A stretch of 64,000 nucleotides of DNA. Source: Chrysomallon squamiferum (Eukaryota; Animalia; Mollusca). Below are positions 38,716 to 51,327 of this stretch, one piece after another (within the stretch, counting starts at the first letter, position 1; each line of letters begins with the position of its first letter). The position numbers and the translations under genes were made by a program. The notes under the pieces were generated by a model. It was given only the letters and a program-made list of their open reading frames with translations. It made no database searches and was not told the origin of the DNA. The stretch spans positions 33,480,001-33,544,000 of the forward strand of contig CM022665.1 in the NCBI GenBank assembly GCA_012295275.1. The letters are read 5' to 3'.

Positions 38716-40694
38716 AAGGAAAATATATACAACAACAGTGAATGCTTATTCTGCTTTCAGTTGATGTTTCATAATTGATTTAGGAACAAAGCGCTCCGCC
38801 TCTGAATGTTAGAAAGAAACCAGATGTTTGTATAGGCCAAGTTCATTATATACAGAGGTAATCAGGTATTGCGGTAGATGAGTTTTTTCTACGAAATCGG
38901 AATTATACGAACCGGGAATTCTACCAGATGGGAAGACACCGATGAGAGGGTATTCCCAAGAAATAAAGATAAATACTTGCTCGTTGAGATTCATTTATTC
39001 GTTTGTATGGACTTGTTAATAACTTGGATTCTGGATGACACAACTGGAAAATGACACGGCTTACCCCTTCCTCCTCTAGCAATTCATAAACAGTGTTAAC
39101 TCAAAGAGAATATTAAGTGAAATGTATTTAGGTATTTTAATGAATTATATGTCTGTTGTTAGATTGGATGTATTGTAACTTGACGACTTTGGCTTTATAA
39201 CTTACGTTGCTATAGTTATGGCATGTCCAAGCGAGGCGTTTTTCCCCACTATGATATTATTTAAGAACTATTAGAAGGAAATAATGATTTAATTAAGTAA
39301 TACAAGTAATAGTTTTCGATGAAGATTGTCTACTCTAAACATTACATTCATATTCATTCATGGTAACGTTTTAAACATTAATAGGCTGAGTGATTAAGCC
39401 AAATTTACAGAATCAGTCCACCTTAGTAGGCCGATTTGGATTATTTCTCGTTTCACCTAGGGACTTAATATGTGCTTTTATAAATATGAGAAGGGCATAA
39501 AATTCACTGCTCATAATGGATAAGAGCGACCCATTACAAATTATCATTAAAGAAAATCACATCGTTGTCACCAAGAAATCTTTAATAATAAAGTCTGGGT
39601 AGTTTTTGTTAAATGCTTATACACCCAGTGTTTATCAAAACTGTTTGAAATATTAATATTTCATTATCTACATATTTCAGATATTTCTTACAATAAATAA
39701 TAATAATAATAATACTGGACGGATGTTAATATTTTATCCTGTAATAGCATTGATAATAAGAGAAAAAACCTACTGTCTTCAACATGACAATGACAAAACA
39801 AGACATACCAGATCAGGGCTATGATAATGTTCACATTTTAGTAATAATTGAATATGGACTTCTGTATCTAGTAGATATGATTTTGCTCAAAAATGACAAT
39901 ATTCTTTTTAAAAGTTTTAAAAGTTTATGTTCTGTAATAGATTTGCATTTTAAAAATAAGAAACTGGTCTAGCCTATATAAATTAGATAACATTACGTAT
40001 TATGTGCTTTTATCTGTATTTAACAATGCGGCTCATCCTAATACTCCGTTTCAGATAGCTGAAATCTTGGAAAGGTTCATTACAAAAACGTCAACCCTTT
40101 AACATATTGTATAAAAATGAATTCGATATGCTAATTTCTTCAGATGGCAATTAGGATAACAGTAGAACTATAACATATATATATTTTATTCCACCTGTTG
40201 GATTGTCAATAGGGATCGTCTCATAAAGAAGAAATCGAATAATATACACTGAACCATTTTTAAAGTAGGTATTAATAAAAAAAATATTTTATCAGTACAT
40301 AAAATGAACTTGTTTATTTGCTGTAATTATACGTGCATATTTTACTCAGTTCTCAAAAACAACACATATGTTTTCTTATCAAAAATCAACAACAGTTTTT
40401 CTTTAATAAATTAATGTATATAGTTAATCTTAATATTTAATCATTCCTAATATTTGATATTGTGATATATATTCGTTAACAGCAATCAACAGAACGGTAT
40501 TATTAGGAATGTAAAACCCTTTTTTTCTTCTTTTTTTTTTTTTTTTCTTATTGCTTTTTTATTTTATTTATAAAGATAATGTCTGATTTTCAAAGTAAGG
40601 CTACTAGAAATGTATCAAAACTGAATTTGATAACATTTCCGATGTCCATCCCATATAAATAAGTCATTTATTTACTGATCAGCATTGTTTATAA

Positions 40695-41002
40695 CAGGGG
40701 TGTCAAACTCAAGTCTTAGCTACAGCCGCATAAAAAAATTTGATAATGTTTGGGGCCGCACCAACGGAACTAAGAAACAAAAAGTGTATTATAATCAATT
40801 TATATTTATTGCATCTGCACTATGATTAATCTATAAGCAGGAAGAGGAGCATCTGCCATTTTAAAAGCAAAAAATTTAAAAGAAAGTTTTCTGTTTAGAA
40901 CTGTTAAAGAGCTGCGCGTGATTCGACGGAAGTTAAAAGAAAGTAGTTGACAAAAATTGGCCGCAATTTTGGTTGTAAAGGGCCGCATATTTGTCAAGCC
41001 TG
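40695..41002. mobile_element. hAT-family MITE with perfect 8-bp target-site duplication
   Basis: CAGGGGTGTCAAA...TTTGTCAAGCCTG flanked on both sides by GTTTATAA (40687-40694 and 41003-41010); subterminal GGCCGC motifs. Confidence 0.88.
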
Positions 41003-41601
41003 GTTTATAACTTATTTGTGACAAATTTAATATTATTTTGATAAATTTAACATTGATTTTAATATATATATATATCTTTGTTACATGTTGCTTTTGAATA
41101 AAGACTGTCAGCAGATAATTGTTAAATTGCTATTCTAGATTCTTAAATAGTAAACATGTTTATGAAAATATCACATGTATTGCCTTGCTAATTTTTTTCC
41201 TTTTAGCGTGTGTTTGAGAGAGAGAAAGAGAAAGTTGTTTACTACTATAAAGTGCTTTTTACCTATATCCATTGTATTTTTGTATGCCTACCTTCATGCT
41301 TATTCATATGTATAAGAGTATTAGGGCAAGTTTGTCAACTGAAAGCAGTTAATATGGTGTTTACAAGAATTAGCCAATAAACACAAGTAATGTACTTATT
41401 ACTAATTTCAAGAATAACGAAGGCAGATTGATAACAAAAATTAGATTTCAGTAATAAATTTTCATTTATTTGCTTAGTTTTCTTATTACGATTTCAGTTG
41501 GTGTCCATTATTGTCCAACAGTTTACATCATTGATTTTTACTGAAATTATTAAAGAACCCTGAAGAGGCCTCCGAGTATAATCCGGATCAATGACGATGT
41601 T

Positions 41602-41607
41602 TATAAA
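41602..41607 (+). promoter_or_regulatory. Probable TATA box of ferritin
   Basis: TATAAA about 65 nt upstream of the IRE, which would place the IRE near the cap. Confidence 0.65.
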
Positions 41608-41669
41608 TCGGCTGACCATTGCACACGAGCCGCAGTAATATTAAGAACATTCAAGCGAAAAGGTAGATA

Positions 41670-41705
41670 TTTTGTCTTGCTGCGTCAGTGAACGTACGGA
41701 CAAAA
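41670..41705 (+). promoter_or_regulatory. Iron-responsive element (IRE) in the ferritin 5' UTR
   Basis: TTTTGTCT-TGC-TGCGT-CAGTGA-ACGTA-C-GGACAAAA: CAGUGN loop, 5-bp upper stem, ferritin-type UGC/C internal loop and 8-bp lower stem, ending 52 nt before the ATG. Confidence 0.95.
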
Positions 41706-41757
41706 ATCAACCGTTTGAAAATTTACGATTTACAGACAGATTATAACTTCATTCAAC

Positions 41758-44700
41758 ATGACGAGCCAACACCGCCAAAACTACCATGTTGAGAGCGAAG
41801 CCGGAATAAACAAGCAGATCAATCTGGAGCTGTATGCCAGCTACACGTACCAGTCAATGGTAAGTAGGTCAGGCAAGACAACATCATCCGAATGGCGCAG
41901 CGCAGTTTGTTTGCCATTGTTTATTGCTGATGCCATTTTTTTTTTTTTTTTTCTTCGCAGTCTCATTTAAAAGATGAAGTGATAGATAAAACTGCATTTT
42001 AGAAAAGATTATATCCAGTTGTATAGAGAACTTTCTGTAAAATTTTATCGCGACGCATTATCTAATTATGTATAAATACGAATGTAGAAAAGTCCTGTAG
42101 ACGGTGACCATTTTGCAGTGTGTTAAATATCCGAAACTATTGGCTGAACCACTTAAATTATAAAAGTCTTAAACGTATCGATATTTTTAATTTTTATCAT
42201 CTTCTCTCCGGGTGAATGCATACCACGATACCGAATTAGAGGTTGGACGACATTAATGATCAAATATTAAAATACAGTGACTTGCGAGTTTAATTCGTTC
42301 CTTGACTGAGCTCGCATCTCAAATTGCTCGTGTATCAAATCAATATTTTAAACTGAAATTAATTGAAATAACATCCGCCCAAAACCACCCCATTTTTTTC
42401 TTTTGTAACGTTTTTTTAAATAAGAAAAATGACAAATATTGTATAAAAAACAAAATAAAAGAATGTAAAGAAATAAATTGGTTTTGTAAAGTGTATTTAA
42501 CTTCGAGATCAGACAAATTATTTTAACGCCTTTGGCAGGAGTTACAGCTTTTATCAACTCCTTCAGCTTCAGCATGGTACATTTCACAGAAGTACTACGC
42601 TTGTACTACCTAGCCTAGTCGACTACATGCACACTATTATGTTTTTTATGATTTCATGCTTTAATTCAATGGACATCATCTGCTTCTTCTTCTCAGCACT
42701 GTCCTTTGCCTCACTTGCTTAGGATCCATGGCCAGAAAAAAGAAATTTGGCAAAATAATGCACAAAACATGAGCAAAACACTAGAGATGCTTCTGTGGCG
42801 AGGTAACCATGTGAAGTAAGAGTAAGACACATGATGCTGGCCCGATGTTATGTTGTTCGTTGAGCCAACTAGTGGTGGCGTATATGAAGCTTGCAACTCA
42901 AAGCAAAAAATCAATGGTGCAACTGCTTGTAACTTGAAAAACTCGTAAGTTGGGCACTTGTAAGTTGAGGTACCACTGTACATCAAGTTTTACTTAGAAA
43001 TAATACCGTTGTATCACCCAAACAAAACAAAGAATATCTATATATAACAGCAACAACAAAGAGTTTTGTTTAATTATTTAATTTGCCAGTAAGTATTTTC
43101 ATTCAAGTTTACAATGACAACATTTTTAAATTTTATTTTTTTATGATAAAGTTTAACTACTTGGAAAGAAACTATGGCATATTGTTATAATTATTCCTGA
43201 TATTTATGATGCATGCACTGATGACAGAGAAATAGGACTTGGGGAGATAATGGCTAGGTAAGTGTAGAAATAGATGAGGTGAAATTGTTTGATAACAAAG
43301 ACAGAATAGTGGAAGGCCATTATGTGGTGGTTGATTGTACAGTGAAAAGAATATATATTTTTTCTTTGTTCTGTACAACATCATCACAATGCACATTAGT
43401 ATAATTGAGAAATATGTGAAAACCTATGTTGTGTTGCAGCATAAATAATGTACATATGTAACAGTGAATTATTCTTGACATTTTCTTTAAGCGTGCGCAC
43501 ACAAACACAGAGATAAAGGAGACATTATTATCAGTGTTGTAGAAGCATTTTTTACATTTATGTACCAGTATTAGCATGTCCAAAAAAATGGATAATTCTG
43601 TATGAAAAGTAAAATTCACTATTCAGCACAAAATACTAAGTTTGACACTTGTTTCTACATGTTAAGCCATCGGTAAAAAAAAAAGATTAAATTCATTTCT
43701 TTCTTTCTTACTACATTAGTTTCTGTTGATGTTGATTAATGACTTGTACAAACAACTATATAGTCTTGACTAGTTGTAACAACTTGTCCACTGAGCTCAG
43801 CTGGTTAAAGTACCAAACTGATAAAACCATTGGTATCAGAAGGTTGTTGGTTCAAATCATCTTCAGTAAGTAACATTTGTCATTGCATGTTGACTGTTTT
43901 TTTTTTAATTTATCAAGTGAGTGAAGGGAAGGAAAAACAGACACAGGATAATTGAATGAAAGATAAGAGAAAGAATAAAAGGGTTAATAACTCTTTTGCT
44001 TCCACCTTTATAATAAAAAAAAAAAAAAAAAGAAATAAGAAAACATCACAGAACCACATTTCCAAAGTGAAATTTCTAATTTTGATGCCAGGTTTTTTCA
44101 ATGGCAGGTTATAAGAAACTGATCTAAGACCATTTTAGTCAAATAATTAAAATACAAAAACTGACAAAAATATATATTTGGGTTAAAAGAAAAACAGTGA
44201 GTGGAAGAAAGGAAAGTGATGTTTACATAAATATATTTGTTCAAAATTGTGTAATGTTCAACTTTTGTACTGTAACTGACTGGGAATAAAGTCCATTAAA
44301 AATATTGAATATTCAGTATTAGATGAATATATTGTATAATAATGAACAATACTGACGGTTCTTTAGCCAGTTGAAAGCAAGTGATTTCTGACAAATATAT
44401 TTACAAAATAAATGTACTTTAGCCTGGGAATTCATTATTTACCTGATGGTGAAAAGACGTAAAACAAATAAATTAATTCATTAGAATGAAACAACATTGT
44501 ATGATTGCACCTTTACACTGCTGTTTTATGCACTAACTGCATGAATATTTTGATCCAGGGTAAATATTTAATAGTTTTTCTCGTGTAAATGTTCAATTCC
44601 ATTTAAATTAGGCTAGAAAATTTACATCATTTTGTTAATGAATTTTTCTTTTTTTGGCAAGTTAGTATTAAATATATATAGTTAGTGAATGATATGGGAT

Positions 44701-45383
44701 ATTATTAATTCCTAGAACATATCCCAAGAGTTACACAATAATAAAAAAGAAAACCCATAAATGTAACTATTTTGTTTTATTTCCGGTCATTTTAACTACG
44801 TGTTTTCTTTTTCTCTTTTTAACACCATTTTTTTTTTTTTCTCAGTATGCTTTACTGTGCACTTAGCATTTTCTCAAAATGTGACAATAACTTACTATTC
44901 ATGAGGGTTACAAAGTCAAGACCACCCATTTTGGAGATGAAACTGCATTTGGTTTGTGTTGTGTCGTTATCGTTATCGTTTTGCATTAATTGATTCAAAA
45001 TGTTTGCATTTTTTGCAAGATTGTTTCGTGTAATGTGCTTTGAGTGAAATGGATGTGACTAGGTTGGCTTTCAGATCAAGGAACACTCATTACTTTCGTT
45101 TGGCTGTTATTATTAAAGTATTATCATTTTACTATATTAGAAATTTGTCAGTGAAATTGATGTTTCCTTTTTTTCTTTTATTTATTTATACTGAGCATGG
45201 CTGTAACTCAACTCATTTTGAAATGAGGCAAAAACATTTGGGCTCGGGGTATAAGAATTGCTACTTATTTGTATTTAGAGTGGAGTGAATTTTGTTTAAC
45301 ATGATCCAAGTTAGAGTAATAAAATTAAAATTTAAACAACTTTTTAAAAAATTTCAATTTTTAAAAAAGATAATGTTTTATTA

Positions 45384-45434
<51 letters not shown>

Positions 45435-48400
45435 CCAAGGGCTGAATAAATGACAGTATTTTACATAAATTTAAATACAAATTTGATTAAGCACAGACTG
45501 CAATCGTGGCTTCATTTTTTTTTGGGGTGGGGGTAAATTTTAGATGAATCAGTTTGTGATGTGGAATGTTAAAATGCAAACATCATGGGCATTTGAAAAA
45601 ATTATTTAAAATAAATAAATAAATAAAAATAAATTACAAAATCGAGTAGAGAGAATTATACAATATTGTATAATTACCTTTAGTTACTTTCTGTAAAACT
45701 TTCTTTTATTTTATTATTTGTTTTCTTCAAAATTGAGATTGACTCATTTTTACTTAATGTATTAATGTGCTTGTTAATGGTAAGCTGTATGTTTATTTAA
45801 TATAAACATAACCCTCAAACTCTGGCGGTTTGCTATTTATATTTGTACTCTTAGTGTCAATTTGTTTTCAGACAAATCAACTTTCTTTTCATGTGCTTCT
45901 TTATTGCCATCGATAAAACATGGGTAGCTGTATTAAACCTGTCTGGACAGAATGAGCTTATAATATGTAATATGTGATGGTAATTGTAGGAATTATCTTT
46001 AAAATTGTTTACTAAAGTAATTTATTGTATCCAAGTTATTTATATTAAACAAAAAATTAAAATACCCCCCATGTATGTGATGGGAACTCTTGATGTACAT
46101 TTAATTTCACCATCGTGTTTACATGACATTAAGTTGATTAACATCCACAGGTAAGTTATGGTGATGAAATATTTTATCCAGTGTCTTGCTGGAACGTGAC
46201 AAGGCATAATCATTTTTCATTTGGAAGCGCAGTGCAGTACTGCTCAGGAAGGGCCCTTTTCTGATGCATTAAATATTCCAATAACTGACTAAACATTAAA
46301 TAGTAATGTTGTCATGCAAGTAATTAGAATATACCTTATGATGGAGATCGTGCATATGCCAGTATTTTTGGTTGAGTAAATTGTCTGCCAAGTTAGTCCT
46401 CGGATAATATTGTATCGATTATTCAGGAGTTTTTTCTTTTCGAACAAAACAGTTTGCGCTTTTCTGTCATCACAAGTTGCAACAAATTTCATACTGCAAA
46501 ATCAGTATTATGCAAGACTGATGTTAATGGAATGTTGTCAGATTTTATCACTGTCGTTAAAGTTAAATCAGATACACGTAAATGTGTATGTAACGAACCT
46601 GCGCACGCACGGCCATACAGGTTTTTGTCATGAATTGTGGCAAATAAACAAGCGCGAATCAGTTGAATGACACGCAAAAACCTTGAACTGAATTCTTGTT
46701 ATTCTATGAACTGGCTGATCGGGCATGAAACGATGTAGTTTTTTTGTGTTTTTTTGTTTTATCTTGTAGTTAATTTACCCTTTGTTTGCAGACATTTAAT
46801 TCAGTATTCATCTATGAGTTTTGTTTTACTGATAGTGCAGATATAATCAGGGTGCACACATTCAAATTCAACGTAACCCCATTATCTGGTTAAGAAAGAA
46901 AAAATATGTGCATAACCCTTTTTAGAAAACAATGAAACTGTATTTTTGATTTGTATATATTTGTAATAATACATATATAATGATTATGAATGACTTACAG
47001 TTAGGTGGTTCCCGGAAATTCCTGTATAAAGCGTAATATTATTCCATCTTTTTTTCTTCTTTTTTTCATAATAAAATTTAAGTAATTCAATATATAAACT
47101 AAAACCAGAATAATAAAATAAATCGGTGAATAAAATATATTTAGCATTACACAGTTCACACCAACGGAAAATGAATTACACAGGAACGATTTTATATGCA
47201 TATATCTAAAAAATAATTTAAAAAGTTAGACATTTGTTGTTGCCTGTGTCATTTGATGCTGAGAAGGTAAAAACTGAGCTATTTGACAAGCTATGTAGCT
47301 AATAGTTTAATGACCTTTATTTTTTCATCATTATTATTAGTATTTTATCACTGCTAACAGTAAAATTCGTGGAATATTTATAAAGATAAGTTATTTTTGA
47401 CATGGTAGAAAGGTATGGAGAAAATACATCCAAGTAGAAACTACACATTTCAGTGCCATTTTAAGAAATATTTTTTTATAATTGTCTAATCACTAAAGGC
47501 CTGGTATTTTGATCGTGATGATGTGGCACTACCTGGATTCCATAAGTATTTCAAAAAGATGTCTGAGGAGGAGAAGGAACATGCTGAGAAATTCATGAAA
47601 TATCAGAACAAGCGTGGAGGTCGCATTGTCTTGCATGACATAAAGGTAAAAATATTTTCATACAGTTTAAAATGTTTCTGAAAGAAAACTACTTTTGTTG
47701 TATTTTTAAGAAAAGGAAAATCTTACTGAACAGTAAATGTTAACAGAAAAAATAGTAACTAAGCATGCATGCTGAAGTATAAAGTGTGTGTAAAATGGTT
47801 AAAATACAAAAAATATTTTTTTTTATAAATGATTTTAAAATAGTTTAAAATGTTGAAGAAGTAAATATCTTTAAGATTTTAATTACTGTTGTAGACAAAT
47901 GGCCATGGCTAATAATAAAACAAATTAAATTCAGAAATAGAACATAATATAAAGAAGTTTGTTTTAACATTTGAGTAAAATTTCTGCCAAAACACATTTT
48001 TAGGATTCTTGACATTAGGCTATGAAAATGAAGCTGATCAGCCTGTCCTTCACTTGCTTATTGTTAACATTTATTTTATTTTGAAATTTAGGGAAGGTGT
48101 CTTGAAAAAGAAAATGTTAAAATGTTTTATAAATTTTTATAATAAAATTATTACTGACAGGCTACTGTTACTTAAAAAAATGTATAATAATAATACATAT
48201 ATGTGCTATGTATGTATTTTACTTTTTATTTTTTGTTATCGTTGCTTAGAAACCAGATGGCGATGAATGGGGCTGTGCTCTGGATGCCATGCAGGTGGCA
48301 CTCTCACTGGAGAAGAATGTTAATCAAGCTCTTCTCGACCTGCATGCAATTGCAACAAAGCACTCGGATGCACAAGTATGTTGTGAAGACATTTCTTTTG

Positions 48401-48884
48401 TCAAACATTCAGTGCTATTTAATGAACTGATCCCCTGAAGAATTAAATTAGTAAATATCAGTTCACATAAACTGGGACTGGAATATAATGATTAGTATTT
48501 TGAACTGGTATTATTTATATTTCATAAACATTAAACACCAGATGAATGCTGTAAAATCAATAGTAAAATGGATAACATGAAAGAGCTGGTTTACAAATTC
48601 AATATATATATAAAGCTGTCTGATTATGAATATTGTAAAATTAGTTTATTCAAGATTTAAATACAAATTTCTGTTTGCATTCCTTTTATCAATCAAAACT
48701 TTTTATTTCAAACTATTTAATGTTTTTGTTATTTCTATTACAGATGTGTGATTTCCTGGAGAAGGAGTTCTTGGAGGAGCAGGTGGACTCGATGAAGGAA
48801 ATTGGTGATCACATTACTAATTTGAAACGAGTTGGCTCTGGGCTTGGAGAGTACATGTATGACAAAGAGTCCATGGAAAGCTAA
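41758..48884 (+). CDS. FTH1: Ferritin (cytosolic, heavy-chain/soma type), 4 exons, 171 aa
   Basis: Exons 41758-41859, 47499-47645, 48250-48375, 48744-48884, all phase 0 and GT-AG. Sequence [28 protein letters not shown] / [33 protein letters not shown] / [13 protein letters not shown] / FLEEQV..LKRVG.GLGEY. Ferroxidase residues present; no signal peptide. AATAAA at 49082 and 49140. The symbol denotes the family, not strict orthology. Confidence 0.97.
42525..42978 (-). mobile_element. Tigger-like transposon end fragment in ferritin intron 1
   Basis: Terminus reverse-complements to TA|CAGTGGTACCTCAACTTACAAGT with a repeated ACTTAC subterminal motif; the other end was not found and the inner boundary is approximate. 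Confidence 0.5.
43790..43867 (+). mobile_element. tRNA-derived SINE head or tRNA-like relic
   Basis: A-box-like GAGCTCAGCTGG and B-box-like GGTTCAAATC at tRNA-like spacing; no proper cloverleaf. Confidence 0.4.
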
Positions 48885-50994
48885 ACAAATTGCCATTGCA
48901 AATCAACAGCAAATGGACCCTTAATTATCAGTGTATTGGATACCATTTGTCAAGTTTCTCTTAGAGCCCTTTTGATCTTATTAATATTTTGATTAGAAAT
49001 ATTTTAAATACATTTTTGTATCATTATTTCAGCTTATGTTGAGAATATTATATTTAATTTTATGATGTAATATTAAACAGAAATAAATAGATAATTTAAA
49101 TTTACAGTTATTATTTATAAATGATGTATAAAATACAATAATAAAAAATGAATCATAGTTTTAATGTATCTCTCTGAACAACAATACTAATTGTCAACAA
49201 AACTGAAATATGCAATAGCATTTTGATCATTGATAATTCAAGGGAAATGTACAATGATATTAAACTGAAAGTAAATCCTGACACAAATTGTTTTACATAA
49301 CAGATACATAAAATAAGTATGTCACAATATTGTCCTTTCTGCCATTACTCAGATTTTTTAACTTTGTGCTGGCATGTGTATTTTTTGTCTTTAGATTCTC
49401 CAGAATAAAACCTTTTTAATGACTTACTTTTCCTATTGGCTCACTTTTGAATTTCTTGTCTTGCTGTTCTAGACGCATTTATGATTTTTCTGATGAAAAA
49501 AATCTTCACAATGACATTCAAGCCAGTGAAAAAGATGAAAACTTGGTGAAATTTAGATCATGTATATAACCATTTGTGAAAAATACAGTGACAGATTTAG
49601 ACTTGGTGAGTGCCTATTTTGTATAAAGTCCTGAAATCCTTTCTTTTTATTTTTTTTTATAAAATACACCAGCTGGTCTTGGAAAATTTCAATGTTAACT
49701 ACAGCTTATTTTCAAATGAATGCACATGCTACACATAATTTGTTGGCTTAATCTGTCATACATTATAGTAGCATAGCTACCCTGGAAACAATACTTAAAT
49801 GTAATTTTAAAAATAATTTTAACATTCAATAACACACACACACAAAATGCTGACCAAATAAGTAATCATGATCACTTGTATTAATACTTAAGTGCTGTAC
49901 TGTATACTCTCCTTGTTAAAAATTACACAAAACAACAGCATCGGTGCTACATAACCTGTATAAAACTGAATCTGGAATCTTCCTTCTTGTTTAGGTGGTA
50001 CCTAAATCCGGCATTAAAATCTAACCCTTAGTTTTCATGCCTCTTTGAAAAATGTGTGACTTAGCGGTATCAATTGTAAACAAAGCACTATTGTCTCATG
50101 ATAAAATATGATCATTGGATGTGTATTATTATTCTACTTGAGCAGATTAAATCTATAGATTGATAGATGGATATTTAATTGGTTATAACTAAAGATAAAG
50201 TAGAATTTGATAATACAGTTATCTAGTTTTTTAATGAACTTCGAATACAGCATTTATTTTAATAAAGGCAAAACGATATAATGCAATTAAAAGAATTTGA
50301 CATGTAAAATTGCCATTATTTCTTTTTGTTTTGTTGGGGTTTTCTTCCGTCCCCAATGTTCTTTTTAATAATATACAAATAATTTTAATTTTGGGACATT
50401 TATTTATTTATTTATTGTAGTCAGTTGCATAAAACATATGCAACCAGTCCATGACGTAATAAGTTAATTGCGGTCGTAGGAAGTTGCCTTGTCACATTCA
50501 AGGTCCCGTTTGAAATGTAACGAGGCTGCGTGTTAGTATAAACACTTACGCCTTGAATTTCCTGTGACTGTCAGATAAGTGTCTTCTCAACTGATCGAAT
50601 TCCCAGTTCGTCTAATTCTCAATAGGTCGAAATAACTCGTCTACCGAAATACCTGATGACCTCTGCATGTAATGAACTTGGCCTCTTGATGTGCATATGA
50701 GTTTTGATTATAGACGGACAATGGATTTATTTACCAATATACATAAATCTGGTCTATTTATTCTTCTGCTGCCATAAAGTTGGCACTTGATTCTAACATT
50801 CAGCGCGAAGCTCATTTTTTTTGTAAATCGATTATGTAACATCAGCCTAAAGCAGAACAAGCGTTCACTACTGATATGTAGTAGATGTTGTACGTTTCCA
50901 ATCACAGCCAAAATGTTGCAAGTCATGAGATCGATCTTCTTCTTTTTCTTCTTCTTCTTAATAGTATTATTATCATCGTAATTATCATCAACAA

Positions 50995-51035
<41 letters not shown>

Positions 51036-51327
51036 GTTAATCTGGTCATTTCCTTTCCGTTAAAAAAAAAAACACAAACAAAAATAAGAAACAAAAATCC
51101 TAAATTTTATGGTTGATTAAAAACACATTTCATTAAACACGCATCACAGAGAAAATTTTAGATTTGTACAATATTATTATCACATTGTACCTATTACTGA
51201 ACTTACTGAAACATCGGACACGCGTGTTTTTAATATATTTTTTTTAGATGAATTCCATTTTTAATTATTATGGACTTTCGATATTTTCATATTTTCATAA
51301 TTTATGCGATAAGCGATATCCATACTA

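Noticed and set aside
41590-41625. Antioxidant response element in the ferritin promoter
   Set aside because: TGACGATGT and TGACCATTG do not fit TGACnnnGC.
43790-43867. Functional tRNA gene
   Set aside because: A and B boxes are present but the acceptor and anticodon arms do not form a valid cloverleaf; kept only as a SINE-like relic.
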